Below, piece after piece: positions 28,281 to 39,065 of a stretch of DNA of 64,000 nt. The notes under the pieces are model-generated. The model had not been told where the DNA came from. It ran no database searches and saw nothing but the letters and a program-made list of their open reading frames with translations. Location: NCBI GenBank assembly GCA_963667565.1, contig OY763415.1, positions 800,001 to 864,000 on the forward strand, written 5' to 3'. The DNA is from Acholeplasmataceae bacterium (GTDB taxonomy: Bacteria; Bacillota_I; Bacilli_A; Acholeplasmatales; Acholeplasmataceae). The position numbers were made by a program, and so were the translations under genes. How positions within the stretch are numbered: the first letter of the stretch is position 1; each line of letters begins with the position of its first letter.

Positions 28281-29150
28281 CTATTTTATTTTTTCTAAAA
28301 GCCAAGTCTCTGAAATCTCATCGTTTGAAATCTCATCACTTTCAATACAGGAAGTCGCTAAATAAGCTCCAGCTGTTAATGCTTTATCTATCGAATTAAA
28401 TTTTAAATACCCATATAGAAATCCACTAAAGAAATGATCGCCTGCACCATTAAAATCTTTGATGTGATTGGTCTTTATAACTTCCTTAGTATAAATATGA
28501 TCTTTCGTGTAACACTTTGCTGCTTGTTGTCCGTTAGTCGTTAGAAACAATTTGTTTTGATTTACCATTAAACTTGCAAAATCGCTGATTTCTTCTACTT
28601 GATCTAAACTCATGAGTAAGAAGTCGGCTGCATCAATATAATCGTTATAATAAGGATTTTTTAAGTCATAATCATGAATATCGACCCAAATAGGTTTACC
28701 TAATCTTTTAATAGTATCAATAAATCTTCTTGTGTAATTAATAATATTTAAGACAATTAAATCGGCATCTTTAATGGCTTCTAAAATTTGAGTTTCATTG
28801 ACTTGAGGTTCAAATGTACCACCATTTTCAAAAATGGATATTCTTTGTCCTAAATCGTCAATAAGATTTGTATGTGTTTTTGTACCTTGTGGATCAATAT
28901 CATATATAAAGTGAACGTTGTTTTTCTTCATCAGATCAATAATTTCTTTGCCATAAGGATCATCACCAATCATCGCGTGAAATGTTACATCAAAACCTAA
29001 CTTTGAAAGTGGTATTGATTTACCAATACCCGTCGAACCAATCGCTCTAATCGTTTTTTTAGGGAAAAGTGTTTGTGCTTTTGGTTCTGGTAAAAATGAG
29101 AAATGATAGATAGTATCATAACTTGCACCACCTAAAACAAATATCTTCAT
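28281..29150 (-). CDS. PfkB family carbohydrate kinase
   Basis: [21 protein letters not shown]; true start MKIF at 29150 behind AAAGGAG (the ORF-track extension runs through a tRNA). Confidence 0.9.
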   Translation of the reverse strand: MKIFVLGGASYDTIYHFSFLPEPKAQTLFPKKTIRAIGSTGIGKSIPLSKLGFDVTFHAMIGDDPYGKEIIDLMKKNNVHFIYDIDPQGTKTHTNLIDDLGQRISIFENGGTFEPQVNETQILEAIKDADLIVLNIINYTRRFIDTIKRLGKPIWVDIHDYDLKNPYYNDYIDAADFLLMSLDQVEEISDFASLMVNQNKLFLTTNGQQAAKCYTKDHIYTKEVIKTNHIKDFNGAGDHFFSGFLYGYLKFNSIDKALTAGAYLATSCIESDEISNDEISETWLLEKIK

Positions 29151-29172
29151 GATTCTCACTCCTTTTTTAACA

Positions 29173-29249
29173 TGGTCGGGACGACAAGATTTGAACTTGC
29201 GACCTCTTGCACCCCATGCAAGCGCGCTACCAAGCTGCGCCACGTCCCG
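29173..29249 (-). tRNA. tRNA-Pro (GGG)
   Basis: CGGGACG/CGTCCCG acceptor stem, CTTGC-ATGGGGT-GCAAG anticodon arm, GTTCAAATC, encoded CCA. Confidence 0.95.
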
Positions 29250-29319
29250 AGTAATATTATTATAACATGTAATAAAATAAAAAAACTCAATCTTTTGATT
29301 GAGTTTTATCTATAATTGT

Positions 29320-30642
29320 TTATTTTGCAAGTGCACCCATTGGGTCCCATGGTTTTAATACTTTTGGTTCTGCTTCCCAATCTTTAAGATTTTCTTTACT
29401 TAAATATTTTTTGTGAATGACTGCTTGATAGACATATTGATCAAACCAAGAATCAGATGCTAAGTAATAACCTTTTTGCCCACTGGTATCACCCCAGCTG
29501 TTTTCAATCTTCCATCTGACTGGTTTTGATTCCTCTAAATGAACTGCAGTAATCACCATTGCATGATTCATTGCACTTTGAGAATAGTCGAGTTGGTCTT
29601 TTTTATCAAGTTCAAAACTCATACCTAAAAGTTCGAAATCATAAGCTTTATCATCCCAAACTCCTGCTTGACGATCACCAAATCTAGCAACATCAGATCC
29701 AAACCATACCACTTCTCCATTAAGGAGTTGTTTAATAACAAGGGCTTTTAGTTCACTCATTTCAAGATTTAAATACTTTATATCATGTCCACCAACAACA
29801 TTACCTAAATATGAAACTGTATATGTCTTATTAAAAGGTTTGTCTTCTGTTGGTGAATTAATGATTGAAACATAGTTTTCAATTTGACCACCATAGATAT
29901 CTTCATAAAATGATTGTGGCGTTAAATTTTTAATGACTTGATACGTATCATTTGTGACATACTCAAAATCAAATGTTTTTGGTGGTTGTCCAAAACTTGT
30001 GACTAAAAAAGTATAAAACTCATCAAGAAATTGTTTTTTAACAGATGGAATTAAATCTTTTTTTCCTTCTTTAAATAATTTTCTAGCAGTTGCAGCATAT
30101 TGTCTAAGCTTAATATTGATTAAACGGTTCATAAATGCAGTCTTACTTGAAGCTACTGTTTCACTCATGGCATCTTGTGGTACAACACCATATTTTAAAA
30201 CAAGTGCAACAAACATATCCCATTGACCACCGTCTTGAATACCGGTTTTTAATAAGTGCTGAAGTGTGCGATCATCTTGATCTGCATCAAGAAAATCATC
30301 TATAGCTTCTATAAAATAATTAATTTTTTCAAATTTATCCCAAAATGCAGTATAGTTTTGTGACAATTCAAATGTCTTTAACCCATATTTTTTTGCAGCC
30401 TGTTCTCTAATGACATTAAGTCCTGCAAAAATCCAGCAACGCCCACTTTGCTTTTGGTTTGCAACTGGCATTGTTTTAATTTCATTTGAAAATTTAAATT
30501 GATTTTGTTGATAAACATCTTGTACTTCAAATGCAGTTTGCATGTCATTTTTGTATAAAACACGTTGTAATGCTTTTTGTACTGGTTTTTGATCATAGCT
30601 TTGGTTTAAGTGATCAATATCTTTAAATGTGATTGCTTTCAT
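29320..30642 (-). CDS. pepC: Aminopeptidase C (C1B, bleomycin hydrolase family)
   Basis: NQKQSGRCWIFA, QDGGQWDM, MNHAMVI, IENSWG, PWDPMGALA. Confidence 0.95.
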   Translation of the reverse strand: MKAITFKDIDHLNQSYDQKPVQKALQRVLYKNDMQTAFEVQDVYQQNQFKFSNEIKTMPVANQKQSGRCWIFAGLNVIREQAAKKYGLKTFELSQNYTAFWDKFEKINYFIEAIDDFLDADQDDRTLQHLLKTGIQDGGQWDMFVALVLKYGVVPQDAMSETVASSKTAFMNRLINIKLRQYAATARKLFKEGKKDLIPSVKKQFLDEFYTFLVTSFGQPPKTFDFEYVTNDTYQVIKNLTPQSFYEDIYGGQIENYVSIINSPTEDKPFNKTYTVSYLGNVVGGHDIKYLNLEMSELKALVIKQLLNGEVVWFGSDVARFGDRQAGVWDDKAYDFELLGMSFELDKKDQLDYSQSAMNHAMVITAVHLEESKPVRWKIENSWGDTSGQKGYYLASDSWFDQYVYQAVIHKKYLSKENLKDWEAEPKVLKPWDPMGALAK

Positions 30643-30653
30643 GTTATGCCTCC

Positions 30654-33600
30654 TTAAACACCTAGTAATCTTTCATCGTTAAATGTTTCTACAATGGCAT
30701 AATCATTGTCTTTAACAATGACTAAACTTGTATTCACATAGTTAATAATATTTGAAACTCTTTGAGGTGGAACAGCAATAATTAACTGAATTGATAAACT
30801 ATTATAAAATTTCATCATCGCATCAATTCTTGATTCGTCCATATTATTAAATGCTTCATCGAATAAGACAAGACATCCTGAATCAACTCTTCTATTTTTA
30901 GATAATAGTTGTTGGAATGATGCTGCAATAACAATATAGAATGGAACTTGTGTTTCACCACCACTCTTTTCTCTAGATACTTTAGAGAAGAGTGATTTAT
31001 TACCATTTAAATTGGTAACTTCAATATCATAAGACATATAATTTCTATAATCTAAGAATTTATAAGTCAATTGATCATATTCTGGATTGCTTGATGCAAT
31101 TTTTTCAAACAATTCAGTTAAAATCGTTTCTTTACGCTTAGATAATCCTTCAGTAAATAGTGTATGTTTTTCAATCGCTTGATTACTCATGATGATATCA
31201 TAATATAATTTATAATCAGGATCATCACTTGCATTACAAATCAGTTGATATGAATCACTACCAAATGTTTTATCTGTAAGCGCATAGTTTAATTCAGCAA
31301 TTTGCTGTTGTGCATTTTCAATACTTGCACGAAGTTTTCCAACAAATTCTTCTTTAAATCCAATTTCAGAACTCTTTCTAAGATCAGTTGCTTCTTGTTC
31401 ATATCTAATGAGATCATTATTTCTAATCTTATTCGCTTCTTGTTCATAAACATCAAGACCTTCAAGTGATGGTTCTGCTCCAAAATGATAATTGAGGTTA
31501 TAATTTTTCATCAAGTTTTGAACATTAAATTCACCTTTAGTGATTTGTGATTGTAATGAAGCAGATGATTCAGACAAATATGCAGTTATCTTATCATGAT
31601 CTTGATCATAACGTTGTTTAAGTGCATAAAATTGTGTGTTGGCAATCGATAATTTTTCAGGATGTTTTTGACTTAATTCTTTTTGAGCTTGCATGAAATC
31701 ATCAAGCTTAATTTGAATATCATCAATTAAATCCATAATACGTTGACGATCATCTCTTTGTGTAGCAATCTTTCCAACTAAAATATCAGATTGAACACGT
31801 AAGTCTTTTCTACTGTCTTTAGCCTTTTCAATTTGTGTTTCTAATTGTGCTAAACTTTGATCTTTGCCAAGGGCATTAATTTGTTCTTCAATTTGTGTAT
31901 ATTCTCTTCTAGTTTGTTTAATTAAATCTAAATATCTAATTTGACCTTGATGAATCATTTGATTACTCTTAGATAAATTTAATAATCTAACAACCTTTGA
32001 TTGTTGATCAGTTAAATCATATAGTTTACTCATTTGTGTTTCAAGATCAGTTAATATTTGTGTTTCTTTTTCCAATTGAATTTGTGTTGCTTGTGAACCG
32101 ATATATGGCGTTTCATAACTTCTTGGATTTAATTGTCTTGCTGTGAAATTACCATATGTCATACCAGTTGGTGTAATTGATCGACGATAATTTTTTAAAT
32201 CTTTTACATCTTCAACACATGCAACACCATTTAGCAACATATTGGCATAGTTTCTTGCGTAGCGGTGTTCTGAAGTGATTTTAGATGCAAGCATACCATC
32301 AAGTGCATCTTCATAACTTTCAAGTTTTTGAGTGTTAACTAGACCTACACCATAAATTTTTTGTTCAAATTTAACACGATCATATATCTCTAAAGCGTCA
32401 TTAAAATATCTAGGGTCAACAATAATGTCAAATCTTTGATTACCTAAATACCCCTCAAGTGCATTTCTCCAAAGTTCTTCTTTGACTTCAATGAGTTCAC
32501 ATAAAGGTTGTACATTGACTTCTTTTTGATAGTAATTTGTTAGTTCATCATTTAAAGTTTGAATGAGTTTTTCAACATAAAATGGATACGTCTTGACATG
32601 TCGTCTTAACTGGTTCATCTTTTGCTTAGAATCATTAATCAATTTAGATAATTCTTGTTTATCTCTTTCAACTTTATCTCTTTCAGTATGATAAGCTTGT
32701 AATAATGCTTGAACATCAGAACTTAGGATATCTAGGTGATTCGATAACTCAGCAGTTTCCAATTGATCCATATGTGTTTGATAATATGTCACAAACGCCT
32801 TAATAGAAGTATTTGGAAGAATCGTAAGTAACTCTTTCATCGTTTGGAATTCTTTATCAAGTAATTGTCTTAATTGGACAATCATTTCTTTTTGTTGATC
32901 ATACTCATACCCTTTTTTGCGTAATGCTTCTTGATATGATTGAAGTGTTCTTGATAAATCACTATCATTTTTTGCACGTTCAAGATTTAAAATGGCTTGA
33001 TCATTTTCATCGATTTGTGCATCGATTTGAGCTTTTGCTTCTCTTAAATAATCTAGTTGTTTACTAATACCAACAAGTTTCGTTTCATTTTCTTTAATAA
33101 ACGCTTCTCTTTTTTCAATCCAATTAAGTTGATCAACTAGAGAGTTGATATCTTTTTGATCTTTGTTCAAAATGATTTCTTCACCAACTTGATTGATTTG
33201 ATCTAGCTTTTCAAGTTTTTCTTTATCATGTTGAATTTGTGCTTCAACTTTCTTAAGTTGTGCAACATTATTTTTAAGGGATTGAATATCAATTGGATCA
33301 TCATCTAACAAGAAATCAAAAACAAATTGTTGTAAATCTATCGATCTAAAAGCCAATGCTTTAGGTAATATTTTTGCATATTTAGTTGCATCCATACCAA
33401 AAAATCTAGCAAGTGCTTCTCTATATTTTCTTTGTGATTCAAATGGATTAAAATCAACATCTAAAGTTTTTAAATATGCCTTCATTGATTTATAATCTCT
33501 TGGATATTTTTTTTCTAGAAATAAAGAATCGTGAATTGAAATGTTATCTAATAAATAGAAACGTTCTTTTAAACTACTTGATTTAGGTAAATCTAAAACA

Positions 33601-33929
33601 ACACCAATGGTTGAAAATTTCTTACTTTGTTCATCAAAAAATTCCATGGCTAAATGAGAAACAACATCGCCATTTCTTAAATATTCTTTGTTTTCAGCAC
33701 CAATTCTACCTCTGATATATCCTTCGAGTGTACGTCTTGCATCATCGGTTGCTGCAATATTAAATTTAGCCCCACTTCTTCCACCAACAAGCATATATTG
33801 GATGGCATCAAGTAAAGTAGATTTACCTGATCCGTTTTCACCAGATACTAATGCACTATCTTTTATATCAATAGTTTGATTTGCAAATAAGTGCCAGTTT
33901 ACTAACTTAATCTTCGTCAACTTCTTCAT
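30654..33929 (-). CDS. jetC: SMC-like ATPase, Wadjet JetC/MksB type
   Basis: LVNWHLF, GENGSGKSTLLDA, long coiled coils around a hinge, SGGETQVPFYI, LFDEAFNNMD. Confidence 0.85.
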   Translation of the reverse strand: MKKLTKIKLVNWHLFANQTIDIKDSALVSGENGSGKSTLLDAIQYMLVGGRSGAKFNIAATDDARRTLEGYIRGRIGAENKEYLRNGDVVSHLAMEFFDEQSKKFSTIGVVLDLPKSSSLKERFYLLDNISIHDSLFLEKKYPRDYKSMKAYLKTLDVDFNPFESQRKYREALARFFGMDATKYAKILPKALAFRSIDLQQFVFDFLLDDDPIDIQSLKNNVAQLKKVEAQIQHDKEKLEKLDQINQVGEEIILNKDQKDINSLVDQLNWIEKREAFIKENETKLVGISKQLDYLREAKAQIDAQIDENDQAILNLERAKNDSDLSRTLQSYQEALRKKGYEYDQQKEMIVQLRQLLDKEFQTMKELLTILPNTSIKAFVTYYQTHMDQLETAELSNHLDILSSDVQALLQAYHTERDKVERDKQELSKLINDSKQKMNQLRRHVKTYPFYVEKLIQTLNDELTNYYQKEVNVQPLCELIEVKEELWRNALEGYLGNQRFDIIVDPRYFNDALEIYDRVKFEQKIYGVGLVNTQKLESYEDALDGMLASKITSEHRYARNYANMLLNGVACVEDVKDLKNYRRSITPTGMTYGNFTARQLNPRSYETPYIGSQATQIQLEKETQILTDLETQMSKLYDLTDQQSKVVRLLNLSKSNQMIHQGQIRYLDLIKQTRREYTQIEEQINALGKDQSLAQLETQIEKAKDSRKDLRVQSDILVGKIATQRDDRQRIMDLIDDIQIKLDDFMQAQKELSQKHPEKLSIANTQFYALKQRYDQDHDKITAYLSESSASLQSQITKGEFNVQNLMKNYNLNYHFGAEPSLEGLDVYEQEANKIRNNDLIRYEQEATDLRKSSEIGFKEEFVGKLRASIENAQQQIAELNYALTDKTFGSDSYQLICNASDDPDYKLYYDIIMSNQAIEKHTLFTEGLSKRKETILTELFEKIASSNPEYDQLTYKFLDYRNYMSYDIEVTNLNGNKSLFSKVSREKSGGETQVPFYIVIAASFQQLLSKNRRVDSGCLVLFDEAFNNMDESRIDAMMKFYNSLSIQLIIAVPPQRVSNIINYVNTSLVIVKDNDYAIVETFNDERLLGV

Positions 33930-34542
33930 CTGATGAACCTCCTTCCATATAACCTTCGTACTTGTCTACAACTTCTTTAATTGTATCGTAGTTAGTTACG
34001 TATAAAATTGTTGGATAAATCTTAATTCTTGCATCATCATGTAAACCGCGATCAATATAGTCAATGATATTATAGCTTCTTAAGAAAGTTAATGCAGGTT
34101 TTAAACGATCTTTAGTAATTCTTTTATGGTCTAAATAACCAATACGTGTAAGTTCGCTATGGATCTCATGTAAATAGATTTCTACATCTTCATCAAGGGT
34201 GACAAAATCTTTTTTATGTTGAAATAGAATTCTAAGAGCAAGAATCATAATACTTTCAGTTTTTCTTAATCGCATATGATTGAAGAGTTGTTCATTTTCA
34301 ATGTAGACAACTTCAGTATCTCTATGAATGATTAAATTAAAATCAGCAAGTGCAAAAAATGCTTCAAAGACTTCTTTAAAAGCTAAAATAAAACGATAAT
34401 CAGAAGTATCCCCAGGCTTTCTTTTTGTGATGAAGTTTACTTGTAACAATTTATTAACGATACGTGAAACATTTGTTTTTTCACTTTCTTTTAATTGTTG
34501 GTATGTATCATTTAATTGTGTCATCGCTTGTTTTTTATTCAT
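33907..34542 (-). CDS. jetB: JetB/MksE-like protein (DUF4194)
   Basis: ESIMILALRILF and IKIYPTI; 211 aa between jetA and jetC with overlapping ends. Confidence 0.75.
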   Translation of the reverse strand: MNKKQAMTQLNDTYQQLKESEKTNVSRIVNKLLQVNFITKRKPGDTSDYRFILAFKEVFEAFFALADFNLIIHRDTEVVYIENEQLFNHMRLRKTESIMILALRILFQHKKDFVTLDEDVEIYLHEIHSELTRIGYLDHKRITKDRLKPALTFLRSYNIIDYIDRGLHDDARIKIYPTILYVTNYDTIKEVVDKYEGYMEGGSSDEEVDED

Positions 34543-35920
34543 AAGCTTTCCCCTTTATAATAAAGTTTTGGAATGTAATGAAATTATTTTTACATTTTTC
34601 ATTCGTTAATATAACATCATAGTGCATACCAACAGATTTTGAATATAGGAAGATTAAAATCAGTTTTACATAATCTTCTTGTGTCTCAATCAATACATCC
34701 TTAGCCTCAATTGAGAGATGATTTTCTAATAAGATTTTGACATATTGATCAATCTCTTTTTTACCAAATATATTATTTTTTAATAATGCTTTAATTTTTT
34801 GTTGTCTAAAATCATCACTGATAAAATCATCTTCAAAAGTGATTTCTTCAATTTGAGTGTCGATGCGCATTCTTCTTTGATTGTACAAAGAGTTCGTATC
34901 TAAATTACTCATTTGAACGATATTAAATAATGATGCATAATCGAAATCTTTTTCTTTTAACACAATTTGGAATAATCGATTAAATATACCTTCGATATCA
35001 TCTGATTGATTGGTTAAAAATAAAATCTTGGATGCTGCCGCTGTGACATATTGTTCATTCTTTTTATCAATGGATAGAATTAAATATTCTAATGCATTAA
35101 AACTATCTGAGATATATCGAAGCTTATCTTCAACATAGTTAAATGCTTCGTTATAATCATCTATACGTTTACGATACATCACATTTTTACATAACTCATC
35201 CATGAGATGCTCATTATGAATGATTTGCGATACATTTTCTAAAATACCTCGTTTATATCTTGATAAACTATCTGTCGTTTTTAAATTATAGTATGCTGAG
35301 TCAAAGAAGTTTTGTTTATATTCAATTAATAATTTTTCTAGAAGTTCATGGAGGTCATCTTTGGTTCTCTTTTTAGTAATATCATAATAAAATCTATAGA
35401 TATTTGCTTTTAAAGCTTTTAATTTACGAATAATGTCATCCGTTTTTAGTGCAGCTTGCTCTAATACACCAATACCTTCTTCAATTGAAAATGATGATAG
35501 TAATGAATAAACAGCATATATTTCACCAGTATATTCATTTTGTGTATTGTTTTGAATTCTAATCAACGTATCAATTAATTGAATAGAATAGTCAAAAAGG
35601 TTAAGTGATGTCTTATAATCACCTAACTCCTCTTCCCCTAACCATCCAGTTTTCTTTAATATATTAATGACATGGACTGCTTTTTGTCTAGAAGTATGTT
35701 GTGTCTCGCCTTCTTCAACATCTTCAAATAATTCATCAGCTTTATCATCAAAATAATCAACGAGTTTTTGTACAATATATTCTCGATCCCCTTGAAAAGC
35801 ATCCTCAATACTATCTACTGCATGATAAATTACCATGATGCAGTCAATATAAGTTTCTTTATTTGGGGAGGCAAGCACACTAAAAAAATTAATAGGTAAT
35901 CTTTCAAACAATTGTGCCAT
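34535..35920 (-). CDS. jetA: JetA/MksF-like kleisin (DUF5716-like)
   Basis: LFERLPINFFSVLASPNKETY N-terminus, LKKTGWL; first gene of the triad. Confidence 0.75.
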   Translation of the reverse strand: MAQLFERLPINFFSVLASPNKETYIDCIMVIYHAVDSIEDAFQGDREYIVQKLVDYFDDKADELFEDVEEGETQHTSRQKAVHVINILKKTGWLGEEELGDYKTSLNLFDYSIQLIDTLIRIQNNTQNEYTGEIYAVYSLLSSFSIEEGIGVLEQAALKTDDIIRKLKALKANIYRFYYDITKKRTKDDLHELLEKLLIEYKQNFFDSAYYNLKTTDSLSRYKRGILENVSQIIHNEHLMDELCKNVMYRKRIDDYNEAFNYVEDKLRYISDSFNALEYLILSIDKKNEQYVTAAASKILFLTNQSDDIEGIFNRLFQIVLKEKDFDYASLFNIVQMSNLDTNSLYNQRRMRIDTQIEEITFEDDFISDDFRQQKIKALLKNNIFGKKEIDQYVKILLENHLSIEAKDVLIETQEDYVKLILIFLYSKSVGMHYDVILTNEKCKNNFITFQNFIIKGKAYE

Positions 35921-36084
35921 CGTTAACCTCCTTTAAATTATACAAAAAATAAATATAAAATTTCATAACTATTGTATCATGTTTATCACATATTTACTAT
36001 GTTACACACCGATTTTTAATCGATTTCTGCTCAAATATTATAAAAAAAAACGATAAATATATATTTATCGTTATCACATATTTC

Positions 36085-36729
36085 TTAATGAGATTTTTTT
36101 CTTTGGCAATGTTCACCAACACAATGTTCATTTTCTTGTTTTAAAATACCTAAATTGAGTGCTTTCAAAATGGATTCTTCTGTTTGTACTCCTTCGAGTT
36201 TCATGCTTTGATTGATTCTTAAAAACGGTAGAGATTCAACACCTTTTAACAGACCATTTTCTTTGTTTGAAATGACTGCTTCACTATATTTTTCGCTACA
36301 TAACACAAGATTCACTTCATCCTCAGGAAGACCAATAGATAATGCTAATTCTCTTAATTCGTGAATGAGAGATAGATTTTTACGATCTTCATAGATGGCT
36401 TTAAATACTGCTTTGTTATAGACATAAGATTTTTTTGTCTTTTTAGCTAAATGTGCCATTTGATGAACATGATGAATAGGAAATAAGTCAATTTCAAGAT
36501 TTGTTTCTTTCAAAAATTCGATGACTTCATCTCTTGGAATATGCTTATATTCGACAATAAAATCAACGAAGCTCATTGATGGATCAAATGAATGACTATC
36601 AACCATTTCGAAACTACGATAAATGATAATATTTTCTTCGATTTCCTTTGCTTCAATCATTTGTTCAATGACTTTATGTTGCAAGTAACATTTTGGACAC
36701 AAATAATCTAAATAAAATTCTATTTTCAT
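36085..36729 (-). CDS. DsbA/FrnE-family thioredoxin-fold protein
   Basis: DYLCPKCY, YRSFEM, GVESLPF, GVQ. Confidence 0.85.
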   Translation of the reverse strand: MKIEFYLDYLCPKCYLQHKVIEQMIEAKEIEENIIIYRSFEMVDSHSFDPSMSFVDFIVEYKHIPRDEVIEFLKETNLEIDLFPIHHVHQMAHLAKKTKKSYVYNKAVFKAIYEDRKNLSLIHELRELALSIGLPEDEVNLVLCSEKYSEAVISNKENGLLKGVESLPFLRINQSMKLEGVQTEESILKALNLGILKQENEHCVGEHCQRKKSH

Positions 36730-36802
36730 ATAAAAACACCCTCTTTAAAATACAATAATATTCTAACAATAAAGGGTGCTATTTTTCAACTTATTTACAT
36801 TT

Positions 36803-37570
36803 TTATTTAATATCACTTAATGCTTTTGTAATCATATCTAAAGGATATCCTTTTCGATACAATTTAGAAATGATCTTTTGCTTATCTTCATATGAGAGTA
36901 TCTTTGATTTTATTTTTAATCTCTGTTGATGAACTTCTTTTTCAATCACATGCATATCCACTTCATTTAAGAGGTGATTATGTTTACCAATCACAGTGTC
37001 AATTGCATCTTGAGAAAACCCTAATCTGTAAAAATCAGTCTTTATTTTTAACAAGATTTGTTTCTTAGCTTTTTTACCATTTAATGATCGCATCTTTTTT
37101 GGTATCAAATCACTTAATATTTCAATTTCATTGATACGTTCTGTAAATCCTAATATGATATTTAAGTCAACGCCTTTTTTTAAAAGTTCATCTTGAATAT
37201 ATTTAGGGCCTTTTTGGTATTGTTTAAGGGATACATACATTTTAGTATAAAGATAATCATCTAAATATTTCTTTTCTGCAAATTCAAAGACGATTTGTTT
37301 TGCAATCGCAACCGTAGCTTCTTTTTTAATTAAATAATCATACATCTCTTTTTTTGTCTGCATGTTGTTTAGACGTTTTAGTCCAATACGTTTATACTTC
37401 TCATATTGATTATCTAAAATAAATCTTTGGTATGCACTTTGATCAAGTTCTTGAAATAACTTTAAATGCAACTTTAAATAAATCACTGGTTCAACCTCAA
37501 TGACTTCTTGATTATTTAAAGTAACTTGATAAATTGTCTTTAATTTTTTAATCTGAGTTATTTTATGCAT
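36803..37570 (-). CDS. recX: Regulatory protein RecX
   Basis: YLDDYLY, KGPKYIQDELLKKGV, KLYRKGY. Confidence 0.8.
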   Translation of the reverse strand: MHKITQIKKLKTIYQVTLNNQEVIEVEPVIYLKLHLKLFQELDQSAYQRFILDNQYEKYKRIGLKRLNNMQTKKEMYDYLIKKEATVAIAKQIVFEFAEKKYLDDYLYTKMYVSLKQYQKGPKYIQDELLKKGVDLNIILGFTERINEIEILSDLIPKKMRSLNGKKAKKQILLKIKTDFYRLGFSQDAIDTVIGKHNHLLNEVDMHVIEKEVHQQRLKIKSKILSYEDKQKIISKLYRKGYPLDMITKALSDIK

Positions 37571-39065
37571 TTTGGTTTTGAATAAGTGTGATCAAAGATT
37601 GCAATTGAACATCATTTGATAAAATTGAAGACATAACTTTAAAGTCTAAATACACAAATCTTGCTGTCTCTAAGTCTATCATACCAGTTTGTGTGATGCC
37701 ATGTTCGCTTTGATATTGCTTAATATAATCTTCTGTTCTTTGATCAAAGTAACCATCTGTTCTTATCATCGAACCTTCATCTAAATTAAAATATGTATTA
37801 AAAAATTTTTGATAATCAATTAAATTTGGATCGACTTGATCAAAACTTAATTCACCCATAAATATAGGTAGATCTAATGTTAATATGCCACTTTGATCAA
37901 GTGATTCAACTAAAAGTGGATCAGTAGACACATTGAGATTATCACCATAGTTCCAAACACCTTCCGTATATGTTAAATAATAACTTATGTTTCTGATATC
38001 GTTTAAATAGATTGAATTTTGATATACACCTTTACCATATGTGTCTGATCCATAAAGCGTATACCCATAACTTGAGAGTGAAGCAGCAAGAACTTCGCTT
38101 GCTGAGGCGCTATTACCATTAACTAATACTTTGATATCATATGGTTTTATTTGTGATAAACCACCGTAATATGAAGTAACAACATCTTTTTTATCAACCA
38201 TTGAAAAGAGTGGTTGAGAAAGATTATATGGAAGTAAAAGTTGTGTAATCCCAGGGTTTAAATTGGTCCCTTGATTAGTAAGTGCAGTGAGTGAACCACC
38301 AGGATTATCTCTTAAATCAATGATTAAAGTTTTATTTTCGCCTTCTAGAACAGATGACTCTAAAGTATTTAATACTTCGTTAAATACATAATTTGTACCA
38401 ACTGAGACACCTTGCTCATATCCATTAAAATGGTCAATTTTAATATATCCTATATCATTAGATCCTAAGTCTATAGCATAGGCTGATGGAGTTAATATTT
38501 CTTGATACATAAAATCAACTGTATATGTCTCATGACTCGGATTTTGAACTATGATTTCTTTTTCATCACTAAGAGATCCTGTTAAATAAGTAAGAACTTC
38601 ATCAGTCGTAGCCAAATCATCAAAATATATAGGTTGTTCATCAATCATAACGCCAGTAATCAAATCATATGGATATAGTTTTAGATATAAATCACTTGTA
38701 GGATCAACATCGATCACACGTAAATCGTTTTGATCAAAATAAAAATCTATGCCCATACCCACATATGACTCAACATTTTTATTCGCTACTGAAGGGATAA
38801 CTGCAGTTATTTTTGTATATGGGTCATTATGATTTGCTGCATATGTATCAACAACAGCGTACATAGATTCAATAAATGCATCATAAACATCATCTGAATC
38901 TATATCATAATAATAATATTCATCAAATGCTTTGGTGATATAATTAAAAATTTCATCACTTTCTATGACCATTTTGCTTTCAACCAAATTGGATGAAAAA
39001 TATCCAGCTGCAAAAGCTAAAATGACAGAAAACAGAAATAATATAGCTAATTTTTTCGTTCCCAT
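37563..39065 (-). CDS. ctpA: S41 carboxy-terminal processing protease with peptidoglycan-binding-like domain
   Basis: DPYT, IIDLRDNPGG, VNGNSASASE, TYGKG; DGYFDQRTEDYIKQYQ...TGMID. Confidence 0.85.
   Translation of the reverse strand: MGTKKLAILFLFSVILAFAAGYFSSNLVESKMVIESDEIFNYITKAFDEYYYYDIDSDDVYDAFIESMYAVVDTYAANHNDPYTKITAVIPSVANKNVESYVGMGIDFYFDQNDLRVIDVDPTSDLYLKLYPYDLITGVMIDEQPIYFDDLATTDEVLTYLTGSLSDEKEIIVQNPSHETYTVDFMYQEILTPSAYAIDLGSNDIGYIKIDHFNGYEQGVSVGTNYVFNEVLNTLESSVLEGENKTLIIDLRDNPGGSLTALTNQGTNLNPGITQLLLPYNLSQPLFSMVDKKDVVTSYYGGLSQIKPYDIKVLVNGNSASASEVLAASLSSYGYTLYGSDTYGKGVYQNSIYLNDIRNISYYLTYTEGVWNYGDNLNVSTDPLLVESLDQSGILTLDLPIFMGELSFDQVDPNLIDYQKFFNTYFNLDEGSMIRTDGYFDQRTEDYIKQYQSEHGITQTGMIDLETARFVYLDFKVMSSILSNDVQLQSLITLIQNQNA

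Noticed and set aside
29151..29243. N-terminal extension [23 protein letters not shown] on the PfkB ORF
   Set aside because: It is the translation of tRNA-Pro; the real RBS and ATG are at 29150
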